DNA of 63,080 bases, filler included, from Globobulimina sp. (lineage: Eukaryota), in the NCBI GenBank assembly GCA_003354225.1. It is 56 parts of 56 records of this genome, joined end to end, with 100 filler letters (N's around TTAATTAATTAA, not from the genome) between each part and the next. Parts side by side here need not be neighbours in the genome. Positions count along the whole stretch, not along the records: positions 58,673 to 59,699 come from PIVH01025428.1; positions 59,800 to 60,826 come from PIVH01025429.1; positions 60,927 to 61,953 come from PIVH01025430.1; positions 62,054 to 63,080 come from PIVH01025431.1; 52 more parts are not named here. One strand, 5' to 3'. Position numbers and translations under genes: made by a program. Within the stretch, counting starts at the first letter, position 1; each line of letters begins with the position of its first letter. This document shows positions 59,599-63,080 of this stretch, piece by piece. The notes beneath the pieces were generated by a model that was not told the origin of the DNA, ran no database searches, and was given only the letters and a program-made list of their open reading frames with translations.

Positions 59599-59646
59599 AG
59601 CTAACATGGTGATCACCGGTTTACCCGGTGCATTATTTTGTTATTT
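59599..59646 (-). mobile_element. Minimal attC-like site (48 bp)
   Basis: Minus strand AAATAAC-AAAAT-AATGCACC-GGGTAAACC-GGTGATC-ACCAT-GTTAGCT has 7-5-8 / 7-5-7 spacing with the extra base in L''. Confidence 0.65.
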
Positions 59647-60270
59647 TATTGATGCAACAAGAGTCAGAGGCCGAATTGACGCCTTGCCTGTGCAGTAGAN
59701 NNNNNNNNNNNNNNNNNNNNNNNNNNNNNNNNNNNNNNNNNNNTTAATTAATTAANNNNNNNNNNNNNNNNNNNNNNNNNNNNNNNNNNNNNNNNNNNNT
59801 TTTTTTTTTTTTAGTGCGGGTTACTCGAGTTCGAGTCTCGTGATCATACATCAATGTATGAATTTGATATTTTCCCACGAGTCAAAAATTGTTACAAAGT
59901 GACATGTTATATAGGACTTCGTTTCTATACCTTTTACTACTTAGTTAGTTACTTAATCATACCTCCAAAAAATCATACAGACTTGTACATAGTTGCAATA
60001 TATGACTATAATTTGGTGGAAAAGTTCCTCCATACTTTTATAGTCATATTATAGTCATAATAATATGATTCTGCGTCTTATAGGAGTTAACCCTGTAGAC
60101 GTTTCCCGCTACATCCTCTATATTTTGCGTCATCCACCTTAATGTCCAGCTGGTTAACGTTTACCTGTTTCTCTCGGGCATCAGCTATTATTTCGCGCAT
60201 CCTTGCACTGCCCATATCGGGTCATAACCGGTTTCAGGGGTATTTAGGGGTATTTAGTGGAAACACTAAT

Positions 60271-60720
60271 TAGTGTGATTGTGTGATTTGTGTGATTTGT
60301 GTGACTGGTTGGATTGGTGGGATTGGTGTGATTTGTGTGACTTGTGTGACTTGTGTGACTGGTGTGATTTGTGTGATTTGTGTGACTGGTGTGATTGATG
60401 GGTTTGGTGGGATTAGTGTGATTGATGTGACTGGTGTGATTTGTGTGACTGGTGTGATCTGTGTGATTTGTGTGATTTGCGTGATCTGTGTGATCTGTGT
60501 GATTGGTGTGATTTGTGTGATTTGTGTGATTTGTGTGATTTGTGTGATTTGCGTGACTTGTGTGATTTGTGTGACTGGTGTGATTGATGGGTTTGGTGGG
60601 ATTAGTGTGATTGATGTGACTGGTGTGATCTGTGTGATTTGTGTGATTTGTGTGATCTGTGTGATCTGTGTGATTGGTGTGATTTGTGTGATTTGTGTGA
60701 TTGGTGGGTTTGGTGGGATT
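60271..60720. repeat. 9-bp tandem repeat (GTGATTTGT); the minus strand encodes (N/D/S)HT tripeptides
   Basis: About 50 units with a higher-order duplicated block. An ATG-initiated minus-strand ORF spans 60244-60807. Confidence 0.9.
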
Positions 60721-61563
60721 GTTATTATTTTGGCGGATTGTTGGGCTTGATGGCGATTCCATTAAAGAGTTACCCCTGCCCTCTTTTTGGTATCCACCCA
60801 CAGCCACCCCTTCTACGCCATATGTGNNNNNNNNNNNNNNNNNNNNNNNNNNNNNNNNNNNNNNNNNNNNTTAATTAATTAANNNNNNNNNNNNNNNNNN
60901 NNNNNNNNNNNNNNNNNNNNNNNNNNAGTTTGGGTTTTGTTGGTTTGGTGATTCATAGTTTGGTCTGGGTGTTGAATACGGAGTAACCGGCGAAGAGCGT
61001 GGTTGATGTGCGTTACATGTCGATTCTATGACTTCTTGTTTTGTGGAACCAATTCGTTTTGCATGCGACGAAAACAAATCACGCGCATAATATCGATGCA
61101 AGTTACTTAATGAGGAACACTGCAAATTACTCATTTTTAAAATTTCATTTGCTGAAACAACTCAATTCAATTATAACTTTTAATCAATGTTATTTGACCT
61201 CATCAATAATATAAATAATCAAACATTGCCATGTTTTGATAGTGGATCATTGCAATTTTGTATATTGTTCATTGCGATGGGAACAAAATATAACTTATCC
61301 AGTTTATTATAGCTATCACGAGATTAAATGGTTGTGATTCTGTCATATAATCAATAAACATCGTTGTCCAATCAGTTGAAACTTGAAAATAGGTTGGCCA
61401 AAAACTCATATCAATCATGTCTTCATTTGTCACATGTACAGGAAGTGCTGTAAAAAAAAACGTGCAATATAAATCTTCAAAACACAAAGTAACCAATCAC
61501 CAATGAACACAAATGTAGCAATAAACAAGAAACTACATTTGTTGATTTGTTTGCAGCAAAAAA

Positions 61564-61953
61564 TCAAAATATTTTTTTAATTTTCCCGAACCATGATATT
61601 GGTATTTTAGCTATTCTTATTTCTTGATCCTTGTTATACAAATTAAAATGAAGGACCCATCCATTTTGTGTGTTTATTGGTAACCCATCCATTGTAAAAA
61701 TATCATTCTCCTCTCCAACAGTGCAATATTTCAATTCTCCGACGTTTCCATCAAAGTACATATCAATTTCAGATTCTTTTTTATTGTAACATTGTTTAAG
61801 CGTCTTTGGTTTCGTACACATTCCATTCTTAAACATTTGATTTTGATATGCAATGCCCCAAACTGGTTAATTTAAAAGCAACTTCTCAAGTGTTTGTCAA
61901 ATACATTCATTTATAATGAACAAACCTGTTTGTTCAGCATATGTAATCAGTGA
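61564..61953 (-). CDS. SPRY-like domain protein C-terminus
   Basis: WGI..IDMYFD...GELKYC.V..GWV.HFNLY..RIAKIP..W.GK. Two upstream stops fall inside a plausible 42-bp GT-AG intron. Confidence 0.5.
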
Positions 61954-62053
61954 NNNNNNNNNNNNNNNNNNNNNNNNNNNNNNNNNNNNNNNNNNNNTTA
62001 ATTAATTAANNNNNNNNNNNNNNNNNNNNNNNNNNNNNNNNNNNNNNNNNNNN

Positions 62054-62514
62054 TTACCATAATGTGATTCTTTGTACGCAAAACAAAATCGCCAGCCCTT
62101 TAGCATACATATTGGCCCAATGAATGTGATAAGATATAATAAACTTAGATCACTGTGGTTATGTATAATATGTATATAAATATTTATATAATATATATCA
62201 TACGTACATGTATAGTAAACATACTGTAAAATTATTGATAGAGACCAGATTACATAATATGCAGTCGTTTGTAGTGCACAAAATTGTCCAACGAGTCCAG
62301 CAGTAATAAATGATAACCCTCTAAAAAAAAAGAATGAAGCACCATTGAAATAACGATTTGTAGGTTGATCAGACTTCCAATGACACAAACGTAAAGGTGA
62401 GCGTTGTTGATATAACAGCCATGTCGAGAAAAATAAAATAATTATACCAGATAGGTAATAACTGCTGTAATTACCAACATCACTGATAACACGGAGTGAG
62501 AAAGGATCTGACAT
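62054..62514 (-). CDS. Multi-pass membrane protein N-terminus
   Basis: Hydrophobic ORF with a probable internal AT-rich intron. Confidence 0.45.
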
Positions 62515-62547
62515 TATCAACGCTGAGTGATAAAGTTTTTCAAAACC

Positions 62548-63080
62548 ATGTCAAAACATAGATGGCCAGCAAAAACGTACACGCAACTTGAATTGGAAAA
62601 ATTTAACAAAAATGGTTTAAAAATGTATTTCTCAGATCCAGACCGTATTGATGTTGGTGAAGTGATTTTCCGCAGATCAGCCTCTATGATACCAGTCTGG
62701 ATAACACCAAACACTTTAACAATATGTGGATTAGTGTGCACCATCATCATTTTTCTAATATCATTTGGCATATCACCTGCCATCGAGAATAAAATGGGCG
62801 AAGCTGCTGCAAAATACGTACCTACGGCAATATGCAGTACTATGGCAATTCTCCAAATGGCAGTATTTGCTCTGGATAACTGGGATGGACTGGTATGCAT
62901 TCATACATTCTTTCAAATATACTGTTCATTTTTATATGCAATATGTATGTCTGTGTAGCATGCCCGAGGAACGAATCAATGTTCAAATTTAGGAGCATTG
63001 TTGGATCATTACTTTGATGCAATATCAACTGCATTGAATTCCGCTGCAATGATATTATTGTTTAATCCATCTCGTTTTCT
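62548..63080 (+). CDS. CDP-alcohol phosphatidyltransferase (CEPT/EPT-like); intron 62893-62958
   Basis: PVWITPNTLT. Splicing gives DNWDGL-HARGTNQCSNLGALLDHYFD, the DxxDGxxAR..G..D..D motif. Confidence 0.9.

Noticed and set aside
60283-60878. (VIC)n and (CDL)n ORFs as metallothionein-like proteins
   Set aside because: They are alternative frames of the 9-bp repeat with no independent support.
61860-61905. In-frame TGA and TAA upstream of the SPRY-like ORF as recoding
   Set aside because: Both fall within a plausible 42-bp GT-AG intron that preserves the frame.
1030-62053. Regularly spaced TTAATTAATTAA as a CRISPR-like or biological repeat
   Set aside because: It is embedded in fixed N runs, so it is a synthetic concatenation linker. 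ORF tails such as XXXLIN are artefacts of it.
1-63080. Operon or gene-cluster interpretation across neighbouring contigs
   Set aside because: The contigs are length-sorted and unrelated.
1-63080. A variant genetic code for the main eukaryote
   Set aside because: Well-identified genes end at TAA (carbonic anhydrase), TAG (ALG10) or TGA (EF-hand, RING) and have no internal stops.

Overview
This is not one locus. It is 56 unrelated ~1 kb contigs (1029, then 1028, then 1027 bp, i.e. length-sorted) joined by 55 artificial 100-bp linkers (N44-TTAATTAATTAA-N44), so adjacency across linkers means nothing. Most contigs come from an AT-rich protist with short (~40-110 bp) GT-AG introns. Its gene families (ART-like, ZZ-like Zn finger, RING, SPRY-like, many 7TM proteins) suggest a foraminiferan/rhizarian; this is my inference. 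Some contigs are bacterial (Desulfobacterota-like and Bacteroidota-like), and several are bacterium-eukaryote junctions that look like amplification chimeras. Best leads: (1) integron cassette arrays on two contigs sharing a covarying ~131-bp attC family with a non-canonical G-CT core, plus a 48-bp minimal attC; (2) a ~227-codon frame with coding-like periodicity that runs through all three stop codons without a frameshift (variant genetic code or directional hypermutation); (3) a repeated tRNA-like element; (4) a TA-flanked transposon end at the anticodon of a tRNA-Tyr half; (5) a 180-bp palindrome inserted in frame into an exon. All calls come from reading motifs by eye; no database search was run.
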